DNA of 64,000 nucleotides from Styela clava (Eukaryota): the NCBI RefSeq assembly GCF_964204865.1, contig NC_135250.1, positions 27,218,001 through 27,282,000 of the forward strand, given 5' to 3'. Made by a program: the position numbers and the translations under genes. Shown here piece by piece: positions 12,301-24,440 of the stretch (the first letter of the stretch is position 1; every line of letters starts with the position of its first letter). The notes below the pieces were generated by a model. That model made no database searches. It had not been told where the DNA came from and was given only the letters and a program-made list of their open reading frames with translations.

Positions 12301-15300
12301 TACATATTTTAAAATATTCATATCTGAATTCGCATTTGAACACCTTGAAATAAGCGTTAGTTATTTTAATCATTCAATTCAATTTCAAGCGCATATACTC
12401 ATTTATTCAAAGGTTCAAATATAATCCATGCTTGACTTGCCAATATTGTAAAACAACTAGCAAAACTACACGCATTTTACTGTTAATCAAACTCCTGGAC
12501 TCGAACTGATTCTTTCTAAATGACGTTTTCACACATTTGTCCAAACAAGGCTTTGTACAGTTAGTTACAGATACTTATGGCGCTCCTATTTTGAAAACAA
12601 CCTGAATCTTCAGTTTATGAGAATAATATCTTGCAAATATCCGGACATTCACGACCCAACATAATCCACAATTACCTCTGAATATCAGTAAAATATCTGA
12701 CAATTCGTTATTATTTCTCGGTCATTTCAAAACTTAAAATTCCAAATACGACGTTTGGATCATTCGTCTATGTTATGTTAAGACTTTAAATCTCATTCAG
12801 ATTCAACCGACAAATTTGAGAACAATGAAAAGTCAACAAATAGAACGCCGTTGTTATAATATTTGTATTTGAACAAGACGCTTCGTGTCATATATTGTTT
12901 TATTCACTAAAAACTTTTTCAAGGTGTCGATGCTTAAAAATAATAATGACCAACAATTATCGAAAATGCCGAGCGCAGTTTTTCCCAACTTTTTAGGCTC
13001 GTGGCCTCCTTATGGGAGCTTTTAGCAAGCACTCATGGCCCATTCGTTATAATTCCAGTTGTATTTATAGTGTTATCTTAATTCGTAGATTACAAATTCC
13101 ATTATGTTCGAACAATTCATGCTCAACAAAGTGAAAACATCCCGTAAAAGAAATCATAAAGCAATGAAACTAGGAAGAACGAGGATTTTTCGTGTAAAGG
13201 GAAAAGTAAAATCAGTTTTGCATCTAGCATTGTGACCCCCCTCAACTGTTTCAACTTGGTGGACCCCGGGCCCCAATTGGAAACCGCCAGCCTTGCGGTT
13301 AAAGCGTTGGACTTGGCTATGTTGTCATCGGCTCCAAATCTGATGCCCACGACGAATTCATTCAGGTTGTAATAAATTTAGTAGGTAATGTTGAACTGGA
13401 AAGGGACCTGTCCTCTCAAAGTGCAGTAGCTCATAACCTAACACGATTCATATTAGAAGAATAAGGTGACAGCGCCGAAATTATATTATCGAATATAATA
13501 TTTTTTATATCCACCCCACGCCGATATAAGTCCTGCGCGTGAAATTTGTGTCTGATTAATCATGAAACCATTTATCTGTGATCGTTATTCGAAATGCAAT
13601 GCCGATCATGGTTCTGTTCGTCGTCGAATATAAATTATCATTAAAGCCGGTTTCATTAGATTGTTTCATAAACTGTGAAACTGGTTTAGTGTGTTTGCTA
13701 TCTTTAGTACCATCTAGTTTAAGCTTTATAATATATAAGTATATATACCAAATGAAACTACAATTTTGCACGCTGATATGTGTGATTGAAAGCACGAACA
13801 ACGTACGATAGACACAAATCTTTAAAAACGAGCTGAGGCGAACGAACCAACAACTAAAAAATGCCATTTGAAACTACATTTCAGATTTGATTAATTGTTT
13901 TTTCGATGTGTTTGTGTAAAACATATAAGCAACGAAATACTAGATAAGTGGGTCACGAGAAATACTAGGTAAGTGCCAACGCAAACATTGAAAGAGCTAT
14001 TGCTCCACAAAAGAATCGAATACAAACCGTATTGCCAATCACCACGATTCCAAAATAAATAGTCAAATTCTATCGTTTGGTATGTTGACAGAAACGTTTC
14101 AAGTTTGACATTCGAGCGAACAAAGCGTTTCGTGTTTAAAATAGTCGACCTTCGACTGCTAGCGGGATTAGCGGACAATTGTTATATTAAATATCGTGCG
14201 ATAATGATCGTATTTCTGTTGGTATAATTGAAGCTTGTATTGAATTTTATTACTCACGACATAAAGCCAAACTGTGGTTGAACTTTCAGATTTTTTTGGA
14301 CTTGGGTGATTTTATTTAAACAAATTTTATAATATACACGTACGACTATCCTACGTGATCGATTAGATTAGTCAACTTTGAACTATATATCTCTAAAAGG
14401 GTATCCCCATGCCATAACCGTCCACTCAATAGTGGGTACTCCCGTAGTGGGTGCTCCCGAAGTATTCGCACCATATCGACCTGAACATAGTATGTGTAAC
14501 AAGTTAGGGTTCTTAAGGTTGTGCGTCTTCTTGGTACGAATACTTCCGGAGCGCCGTGTAGTGTGTGTACCAGGTTAGGGTTAGGCCATAATTTCATTAC
14601 GATTTTACTTATTTTAGTTCTCTTACGAGTTCGGGGACTGTCTGTGTTAGCTTAGTGAATGTACCTCCGACCCATAGGCTTCAGTTCCATTACAAAACTT
14701 GATGTTGAATAGGTGAACAAAATTAGTTACCTCCATATTGGTACACATACTTCTGTAGTGTCATTTCAAATACACCCTGCATCACGGGTCATCCGAGTCG
14801 GGACGGTGCGCAATCTTTGGAATCAAATTCATCTCTACTTTTTGAAAAAAACATAGAACCCCATTGAATATTTAACGTAAATGGCTTTGGTTTATAAGTC
14901 ATTCAACTCAGAAATACCTGCAGTTATCAGCAAGTGCCCAAACCAGGAATCGCGAGTAGCCAAGTGATGGTAACTGACTCAGATGACTGTAAAAGGTCGT
15001 ATCGTTACCACCAAGTCATCTACCGGAAACTTAATTTTCTTATTTTGCTATCTTGTATATTTTGTGTGTTTTGTGGTTAGGCGAAAAATAAATAAATTCT
15101 CTCCTTCTCTCAAAGTTGAGTGACAAAGCATGCGAAAAGCGTCAGCTTCCATACATGGTGACCTCAAATTACAGAACCACGGTTATTTGTAACATATTCT
15201 AGAAAAAGAGTTTAAAGAGTCCTGGATTACTTTTGGGTACAAAGATACACAAACAGGAGTTCGGGTGTTGATTAAATTTTTCTCATCTTTGTAGAAGTAA

Positions 15301-18300
15301 TTAAGATAATTTATGGGTTTTCGTTTTTAGATTTACCCTGTATAAGTTAACACCACTCCAGCCATTGTTGGAAGAACCAACCATTAAATAACGCAGATTC
15401 CACGACGACACAGGACGACATGCCACACCGAAAACTGTGAATATAAATTCTACCGTGTTTCTTGAGCCAATTAAGAATATCAATCTCACTCGATCGAGTC
15501 GTTCCATTCACTATTCTTGGCTTGCTTGATTCGTTGAATTCTACGTCATCGTCTTCGTCATCAACCATTAACTGACGTGCACATGATGATGACGTTATAT
15601 TCTTAGATCCGTTTTCAGAACAGCTTGGCTTCAGAAGAAATTCAGTGCTGTCGCTGTCCAATGAACGAGGAGATTCTCCTGAATTAATAGGAAGAAAATC
15701 AAGTTGTTAGAAGAACAAAAATTACTGTAAGCAAAGCCTATGTAGCAGTGATGCGCCCCCTTTTTCGAAATTGTATAGTCTGAATAATGAGCTACGAATA
15801 TCAGATAGTAAGGCGAATGCATGTTATATAACGTTTATACTTGACACCTGTATGTTCAAAGTATATTTCATGTTAATATATTTTTTTTAAGTTGCCATTC
15901 AAAATACCTACAATTGTCGGAAAACAAGGCTATAATCAACTTTGAAAATCTTGCAAGAAATTTACTTTTATTAGTTTACAGCGCAGGGTACCATGACAAA
16001 CCACCAAAAACCTTGCAAAAACACAGGAAAACTTGAAATCCACCAAAAACCCTGCAAAACGTGCAAATACCGTGAAACATCTTACAAAAACAGCGAAAAG
16101 CCGTAAAAAGACGTCATAAACCACCAAAAATCTTGCAAAACGGGCAAAAACAGTGAAAAAAATCAACTCATACCTTCCATATGCTTTTGATATCTGTCCA
16201 TAGTTAAATCTCTCAGATTAAGCGCAACCGATGGCGACATGTTCTTGTCTCTCATCACACGTTCTGCTGCATGCATAGTAGCCGTTACTGCCGCGAGTGC
16301 ATCTCCTGCCGCGGTTCTCTCTGGTTGTGTATCGGAAAAACGGACACCCTGAAAATTAAAATTCGGAAAATAAATTTTCACTGTCACAATATCAAAACAA
16401 ATCAGAAATTCACAGGTTTTACGAGCATATAAGAATTATGCCAGGTATATTAAATATTGCCGAATATAAAAGTTTCAATTGGGTATTTGCTCCACTTAGT
16501 CGAAAAAAAATCTATAAGACAATTCAGAAATGAATTTTGTTGGACATAAGACAGAAAAAACTATTTTTATGTGCTATGTGATCGTCTGAACATTTTTTCA
16601 AATACGAATTTTTCATATAAATACATAGAGAAACTAGTGATGATTGTTCTACTGGGGACCTCGGGGTGTGGCAGATGGCACAAGGTTGTCTTTTTGCACC
16701 CTTGCCTATAAAATCAGTTTTTTAGTTGGAATATAGTCGTAAATTGAACATTGTAAACTGCTGATATTAGCGAATTAGATTGCTCGTCGAAGATAGAGGG
16801 GACGAAAACCCGTGACACAATATCCTCTTCATTTTAAAGGTTTTATGTGCTCTACGTAGCTTATTGATATTAAATTGACAACCTAGAACTTAGATTTCTT
16901 TGGACATCGAGATTGAAACCACATTTAATGCGTTTTACCTGGCCGTGTAAATTTTTCTCAAATAATAAATTTCTTCTTTTGAATTACTTAAAGAAACTAG
17001 TTATTTCACTTATCTATACAAATGATTTATAGGGGGCTTATTTCACATCAAATAATGATGGGAATACATATGATTCAGAATGTCGTAATTGAAGCGTCGC
17101 TTCTATTTACATTTTGGAATTATACAAACATTTGCGGACGCCGACTTTTGTGCTCAAATAGAATGTTTTAAAATCTATTTAAACTAAAAGATAGTTTGCC
17201 CTTTACCCCTATATTCGATGTCATTCTTTCCTTTCCTAATAACGTTAGAGCAACTATCCCAATTTGCGACCGAGCTTAACATAAATTACTTCGATTGCGA
17301 CAATTTATACATAGCAAGAACATATTATCAGCAAACTATTTTTAGTGTCTGCAGTTTTAGCTGCGGTTTTTATTTGCGACTTAATTAATAAAAGTGAGCA
17401 TGTTGGAATAGTATAGGAAAGAGGGATTCATCTCACAAATGGGGGCCACTTGCAGTGGGGTATATCATTTTTAAATATAAAAGCATGATCCACTATTCAA
17501 ATATGCTATGGCATGAGTGTTAAATGCGACATGTATAAAGAAGCATTACAAAATTTGACGTTAATTTTCAAGACACAAGTAGGTGAGAAAGCAAAAAGTC
17601 AGAGTTTCATTAGCATCGATAACTACTAAAATTGACATCTTCATTTTGATATGTAAATAAAATAATATTAAACAAAAAATTATTTGTTGAGATATTCTGT
17701 AAAAATTTAAAAACATTTTACCATGATTGATGAAAATAACAAACATATCGCAGTCACCTGAGATGTGGCCTCGGACACAAGTTTCATGTTTTACTTGAGC
17801 GAATAAAACCGCCAAACATCGCGTTGGCTCAAGATTTATTAGTTTATTAGTTTACTAAGTCGTTTCATAACCATTTAGCGTCGGCACTACAGGACATAAT
17901 ATTGACTGAAGAATATTATTAGTGACAGCGCTGCATTTAAAACGCTTTGCATAGTTAGCAATATCATTCTGGGACGAACAGCAGAACAAAAATGTCAAAC
18001 AATCTTATACAGTTAACAATACTTTTTCTGACGAATATTGGAGAACCAATTTTAATCAGCCTTCCTTAGCACTTGAGCGTGGCATACTATTGACATTTGT
18101 TTCATAGCTTATTATAACCACAATGCAAATATATAGCTGAAACATATCGACAAAATTGTTGAATCTATCTATTCTTACTCACAGGAATTTTTTTTTGCCA
18201 TCCATAAGCCCAATCGATGTCAAAACTAGATATTGACAAAGTATTTAAAGATTGCATTAAAGACGAAAAGTGGAATAGCGGTTGGTAGTTGGTACAATAC

Positions 18301-21300
18301 AAATTTCCCTCGACATTTAGTTATATTAAATCGAAATAATTACGATTATTTCACACGCAAAACTGAAGAACAAGTAAGAGCCTTGCTTAAAGTCTTGCTC
18401 ATAGAGAATTTTACTATACGAGTCATTGTCAAACTGCGATTATAAATTTGTGCCATTGCCTGTCTTCTGCGATTGTAATGTCGTCTACTAAGCAAATATA
18501 GGTGAATTATTACATTTTCAATAATATTTTTAATTGCCAAACAAAATAAATGCATGTGAAACGAGATACTAAAACCATGACGATTTAAAACATTTCTCTC
18601 ATGAATATTACGAGGCATTTCCATTGTCCACGCTTTCTGGTCGCTGCTAGATATGTTCTAAAAATTGACTTGACTAATAAAATATGGCAACCCACCTTCG
18701 ACGAAGAAGAATGCTGAGATCTTGACGGTGAACTTCGTCTAGGGCTGCACGATCTATGTGGACTCGAAGATCTTTGCGGACTAGAACTTCTCAAGCAAGG
18801 ACTACGAGCTCTTGGACTCCGAGGAGTGACGTCACCAAGTCTCTGCTTCAATGAACGAATCTCTTCTAGCAATCTGTCGTGTTCGGATTGGTAATAGTCG
18901 ATCTTTTCAATAAGTTCTTGCCTTGGGTCTGTGACAAAAACGAAAATATGTATTTAAAGTGAAAGTATCAAAATACACTTCTGAACATTATTTAATGTTT
19001 AGTTTTAGCCCGAATTTCAAAAAAAATCCAGTGAATTTTGGCTGTTCTGAGGGATTCGGGAGTATATACTATATTTCTGTAATGTTTCGTCTCCCCAAAG
19101 TCAAGACCGTCTCATATATTTAAAGAATGAAAGATACTTTGGCAAGGTTCTCTAATATGTATGAGCTACATGGTGTGACGACAATGGCTTAGTTGTTAGA
19201 GCTCAACTATGTTGGTGTATCAAGTTAAAGATTAAATTTATTACATTTATCAAATTAAATGACCGCTAACTCCCCTGGGTATAATTATTTTGATCGATTA
19301 TGGGAAACTAGGAAGATTCCCGCTTTATTCGAGTGAACGTGTGAAAACGCATTATAAAAAAAAGTTCAATCGTCTGATTTAGGAAAATCGTTATACAAGG
19401 TAAATGGCTAATAGGAAATTTTTTACAACCTCATTTCATATATAGGGTGTCAATGAAGTCTGCAAATTTTTTAAAATTATAAAGGCAATTTATTGATACC
19501 ATATATTGTTTTGGCCCTCACAGATGTATTAAATGACGTAAAAATATCTGAACAATTACTGATTTAAAACAAAAAACCTGGTTAAGATATATCGAGAACT
19601 GACTTTATAACAAAAATTGAAACCGTGAGAGGACTTTATGGACACCCTGTACATGAATAAAAAACTAGGATCCCTATAAGTCTTCATCTACTGTTTAAAC
19701 TTTGACTACTGTTTAGCAACGATGGTCACTAATTTAGCCAAAGTGTCTTCCCGTTCATTTACATATTATAATAAGTTAGTATTTTAATGTTGACTCACCG
19801 ACATTTCGGTTTTTCGAAATGGCATCAATATGTCGTCTGAGATCTCGAACTTCCATTTTTAGGCCTCTATTATCTTCAGTAAGCTCATGACAACGATTCC
19901 GTAAATCTCTCGCCTCTTCTCTCAGCTCACACAGCTCGCCTTGCAAATCTGCGGCGTCAGACGCCAGCATAAGGTTCTCCGCCGACAATTCGTTCAATCT
20001 TTCCATCTAACAAGAAAATAGATTACAACTTAGACTAGTGCTTTTAACCTTTTCGATGGAGCGAAACCCCGATGAAACAATCCAGAGGACCAAGGAACCC
20101 CTGTACAAGAGTTTAATCGTCTCTTATTGTCTGAACGGTGTAAACAATGGATATAAATATAACAAAATGATCTTAGGTCCACCAAGTTTACTGATAGTAG
20201 CAAACCTAATAGGTATTTTATTATATCTAAACGATATACATATAATAATATAGAATAGACTCTCGCATTCGAATGGACTCTACTGACAGAACATTAGGGG
20301 GCCTCGAACGTGCAATAATGCGTTGAAGATGAAATGTGTTAAGGTGGGCGAGATGGCCCAGCGGGAAAGGCCACACTCAACTGTGTTCGTATTCCAGGTT
20401 ATACTTAATGGGCAGACAATGCAGAACCGGAAAGGTTACTGTCCTAAACATGGAGTGAAATGAAAAAGACACAAAGCTTTTTCTCACAGACTCAAGGCCC
20501 AAGGTAGAGATGCAAAATCGTGAAGACTTGAAATCAAGTCTTAAATTAAAATTTTGATAACAAAAACTTTGTTGTAAGCTTATTGAACGAATGAAATTTC
20601 AAATTCGACTCCTTAATGCAGGGAATTCAGAACTTAAACTCTGACTCCGGAGAGTTCTAAATTCCGGCTCCAACTCTGGAAAACATACCGAACTCCGATT
20701 GCACATCCTATGCCTGAGGCTTATTGTAATTGATTATAACGTACTTTGTCCTTCATGACGCTGTTCTCAATTTTCATTTCAGCAACTTCCCTTTCGTATC
20801 CCCTTCTCATTGAATCGCTGCTTTGACGCAACGAGTCTATCTCTGACTCTGCACGTGCAAGCTGACGTGACCTGGTGTAGAAAAGTACAATTTTAGTTTT
20901 TCCAATCTTCACAAAGCTGAGAAATGTTTTTAAAAAGCTTCGTAATTTTAGAATTTTTAAATTAATGGAACCTAAACACGCATGCATTTGTGTTCATTTC
21001 TTATTATATATAACGAATTGTCGCTTGACAGACTTTTTTGAAAAAGCATTTATGTATCTTCACCCCAAACAAGGTTATACATAGGCAACATTTGGCATGT
21101 GGATGATAGTTTGGAGTAATCACAATCTTAAGGCAAATAAAACACTATTGGGACATTATTCGTCATAGCAGAATGACTCAAGTTTTGAACCGTTGTGACT
21201 TCAAATGAAAATATTCTTGGTTTGAAACAGGCTTCTGGACAAAAGGGTTAATAAAGAAGTGAATCTTAGGGTGGATAAATGTTAAATGAACGCGCTCTAT

Positions 21301-21694
21301 TCTCATATTCATAAAAATCTCATATGAGCACGCTACTTACTTTGACATTTGATAATAGGAGCGGCAGACATCACTACCAACATATACCAAAAACATTCCA
21401 ATATCAGTAGTAAGTTTCCAGATTCAGCTTTGCCCCTCAATTCGGATGAAATTAGGACATTGAGTAGTTCGAAAAAAATCAATCACAATTTCATTTGAAG
21501 AAACAAATAACCTTTTCGGTCGGTTCAAATCTTACACCAGCAGCTCTTTCATATGCTTCTTTGTGTAAAGTGAATTCGTGAGAACGACGAATAGAAAATC
21601 GGAAAAATTGGCGCAAAAATTATTGATTAAATTTATAAACCTACTTCGTATCATTCAAATGCTCCAATTCCTCTAATTGTTCCCGTAGACTCAT
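9335..21694 (-). CDS. Coiled-coil / Ser-Arg-rich / C-terminal CAP-Gly domain protein (~512 aa, 10 exons)
   Basis: Exons (minus): 21694-21645, 20871-20745, 20006-19799, 18928-18696, 16348-16174, 15678-15454, 11525-11300, 10813-10623, 10152-10107, 9392-9335. All GT-AG and phase-compatible; total 1539 nt. CAP-Gly: GNVKYVGHLPGRSEVFVGVESDNFDGKHCGTFQGSKYFSCPPNKGIF. The first exon is uncertain. Confidence 0.8.
9837..10049 (-). mobile_element. Merlin-like MITE, subtype B
   Basis: Reverse copy of 2908-3119; TSD CAATTGGG/CAATTCGG. Confidence 0.85.
12974..13290. mobile_element. Degraded hAT-type MITE
   Basis: TTCCCAACTTTTTA...GTGGCC end; related in reverse orientation to 23270-23374. Confidence 0.45.
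14435..14762 (-). mobile_element. Merlin-like MITE subtype B with a subtype C copy (14450-14555) nested in its TIR
   Basis: The B TIR GGTACTCCCGTAGTG|TGTGTACC is split by a GGTGCTCC...GGAGCGCC element flanked by CCGTAGTG/GTGTAGTG. Confidence 0.8.
15995..16162 (+). repeat. Degenerate ~10-bp-period A-tract repeat
   Basis: ccaccaaaaa/ccttgcaaaa/acacaggaaa... units; three near-identical 'ccaccaaaaa.c.tgcaaaa' blocks. Confidence 0.75.
19443..19649. mobile_element. Tc1/mariner-type MITE
   Basis: TA|TAGGGTGTCAATGAAGTC...GACTTTATGGACACCCTG|TA; the same right end recurs near 49361-49380. Confidence 0.7.
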
Positions 21695-23269
21695 AAGAAC
21701 CGGTATTGATGAAACAGAGATTAGAGTTAAAAACAGCCGTGAAGGCTTATACGTTGATTATATTATCTATGCTGTAATGAAATAAGAGGATTTTCAATTT
21801 ATCTCTGGGAAATATTGGTGACTTTGATCGGATTTCTGATAAACCTGATTCGTTATGTTAACACCTTCGAGAAATGAAATTTCTGTAGATTGCAATCATC
21901 CCAAATTTAGCAAATATGAAAATATTTCGACGGAAGGGAAAACAGTTTAGGTTTTATATAAGTCAACTCTTAATTTGAACACCGTTACCGGTGCATCGCG
22001 AACCTCAATATTATACAACAATATTGGGATAAATTATCCATTCAATGACAAAATATATTTTGTTAGTGCCTTCTGCGCTATTGTGGATAGTGGTTTAATT
22101 TGTTATAAACGGGTTCACTTTTGTGTCTATTATGATAAGAACGGGTTCCCTTGTTTTATAAATCACGGCGAACTCATATACCTTGTGGTGGACGAATAGC
22201 AGCTAGCTTATTGCTGAGACATAAAGATGATCCAAAATATTGCTTGAAACGCGTTATTTGTAAAACTTAAAGACATAAAAAACAAGAAGAGGTTGTCCTG
22301 ACTATCGTGACATTCCAAGAACCCCCTGAATTCCACTATTGATTGTGGCTCGCTACGAAGGAGGTGATTCAAATGGCGATTCTGGTCGTATATCTATCCT
22401 TCCTGCTCGATTATGGCCGGTATTATAGGCAGAGCAGCACGATCGATAAATAGCCTGCGATATTCGGAAACTAATTTTATGGCCTCATATATTTGTAACC
22501 AATGTAAATTTGAACTATCCCCTCATTCAACTACTGATCTACGTTTAATTGCAAATTGAATAAATAACTTACGTAGCCTCTATCTTTACTTTATACTTTC
22601 ACTTTCCAAACCAGTTATATCAATGAGATTTTGACTAGTTAGGAGCTTGTGGCAATGTCGAAATTTAATTTTATATTCATATAACTTGAAACATAGAAAT
22701 ACTATATTTGCGTATAACTTCACACCATTCCTGTTATAGAGCCATGCTCTACAATTAAATTCAATTTGACCTGGTCTTGCAGCCGACACAATACATTAGT
22801 TTTACATTCACAGGCCAAACCCTTTTGCCTACGGAGACCAGCTCGTGGCATTAAAGACATCATTTTATTAGCATATAACTTTACATATTTTTTGTTACAA
22901 CGCCAGACTTTATCATAAATACAACGCGGCCATGTTTTATAGCCGGCACTGTCCGTCAATAGAACTCAAATGAGCCAATATTTTTGTCAAGGTATCAGTC
23001 AGCTCGTCGCATTGTCGTACTTTTGCTTTATAATCATATAACTTCGAAATATCTCTGGCTAATGTCAAACATTATAATTGATCAAACGCTATCCGTCGGA
23101 ATGATATAAGCCAAAACTTATATCTAGACAACTGATTTCACATTTTTCCCTTCGCAAGAAAACCCGTTCTTCATAGTTTTATTGCTGCTAGATTATTAAA
23201 GGTTATTTCACAGGGTGTTTTCACTTTGAGCATGAATTGTTTGAGCATACTGAAATTTAGGATCCACCA

Positions 23270-23374
23270 ATTAAAATAACACCATAAATACAACTAAAAA
23301 ATAACCGAGGGGGCCATGAGTGCTAAAAAGTCTCCGGAAGAGGGCCACGCGCCATAAAAGGTTGGGAACCACCG
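23270..23374. mobile_element. hAT-type MITE end fragment
   Basis: GGGCCAC...AAAAGGTTGGGAACCACCG terminus. Confidence 0.5.
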
Positions 23375-23574
23375 ATTCATAATCTTAAAACTTAACACCT
23401 ACCACTTGCTCATACCAAACTATAAATTATAATTGACAAACTACAGGACGCACGCGCTTGTTAAGTGATTCCTCAGCAATGCCATGTCTTTTTATGTACA
23501 CAACACCTCGTAACATTAAAACGTTACTTCATTACCATACACAAGTTACTTCACAAGTTTTCTGTTATAATAAA

Positions 23575-23627
23575 TCGGAATAAAATTATGGCCTAAGCAT
23601 AACCTGGTACACATACTACGGGAGTAC
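23575..23627 (+). mobile_element. Merlin-like MITE right-end fragment
   Basis: aatcggaataaaattatggcctaagcataacctggtacacatactacgggagtac. Confidence 0.7.
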
Positions 23628-24241
23628 TTATTTTTGTCTAGATACCAGCTCACAATATTGTCTAAATTCCAATTTATCAATAACTTCATACCTTTCTGTT
23701 GTAATGCTGAAATTTAGAAATAATCGAATGCGGGCTTATCTAGAAAATCATCTATACTTTACGTGAATATGTCAAACTTTTCATCTAGGTACCAGTCCAC
23801 GCATTGCCGAAATTTTACCGGTATCTATTCATTAACCGGCTTCCACTTCACTCGACTAAGTACATGTTACGTATTGTTCTCGCACTCGAAATCCGTTTTG
23901 TCCTAAACGTGCTTGATGGATTATTACTGGAATGTTTTTCGTAGTTGAACAAATTGATCAGCCGGATTGGACCACGTGTGCCCGATGGGAGAAATATTTA
24001 AATTAATAGAAATGAGGCCCGTGAGGAGTTTTTGTGGCATCATTTTATTTCATAACATAGAAAGTACATTTATATCGTCGAAAGAGATTATGTTATGCTT
24101 CTGTATAACTCTTACACTATCTCGCACCCCTGTCACATAAGGATTCGAAGCAGTGAGCGAGCAATGAGGAAGGATCGCAGTTCAATAAGAACTACCCTGG
24201 TTGCCTAGTACCATATGTATATGTCTCGGCATCTTGGATAA

Positions 24242-24440
24242 ATGTCAAGGATAAATAAAACACAGCCGGGGTAAAGAAAAACGATGTAATTTTTCAACGT
24301 TTCGAATTTCTATACCGAGAAACTTCCAATTGAAACTTTCCGTATCACTCCCGGATGAAGTTTTTCTAGATAGAAATTCGAACGTTGGCAAATTACATCT
24401 TTTTGCTTTACACCGGTTGTGCTTTATTTATCCGTGACAT
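24242..24440. mobile_element. ~200-bp fold-back element (MITE or Penelope-like inverted repeat remnant)
   Basis: ~85-bp imperfect inverted arms ATGTCAAGGATAAATAAAACACAGCCGG.../...CCGGTTGTGCTTTATTTATCCGTGACAT. Confidence 0.75.

Noticed and set aside
20345-20400. tRNA-like segment (GGCGAGATGGCCCAGCGG...GTTCGTATTCC)
   Set aside because: A- and B-box-like motifs are present but no cloverleaf or anticodon arm can be formed; at most a decayed SINE head.
22586-23070. Minus-strand ORFs as upstream exons of the CAP-Gly gene
   Set aside because: In-frame stops and no consistent splice-site pairs.
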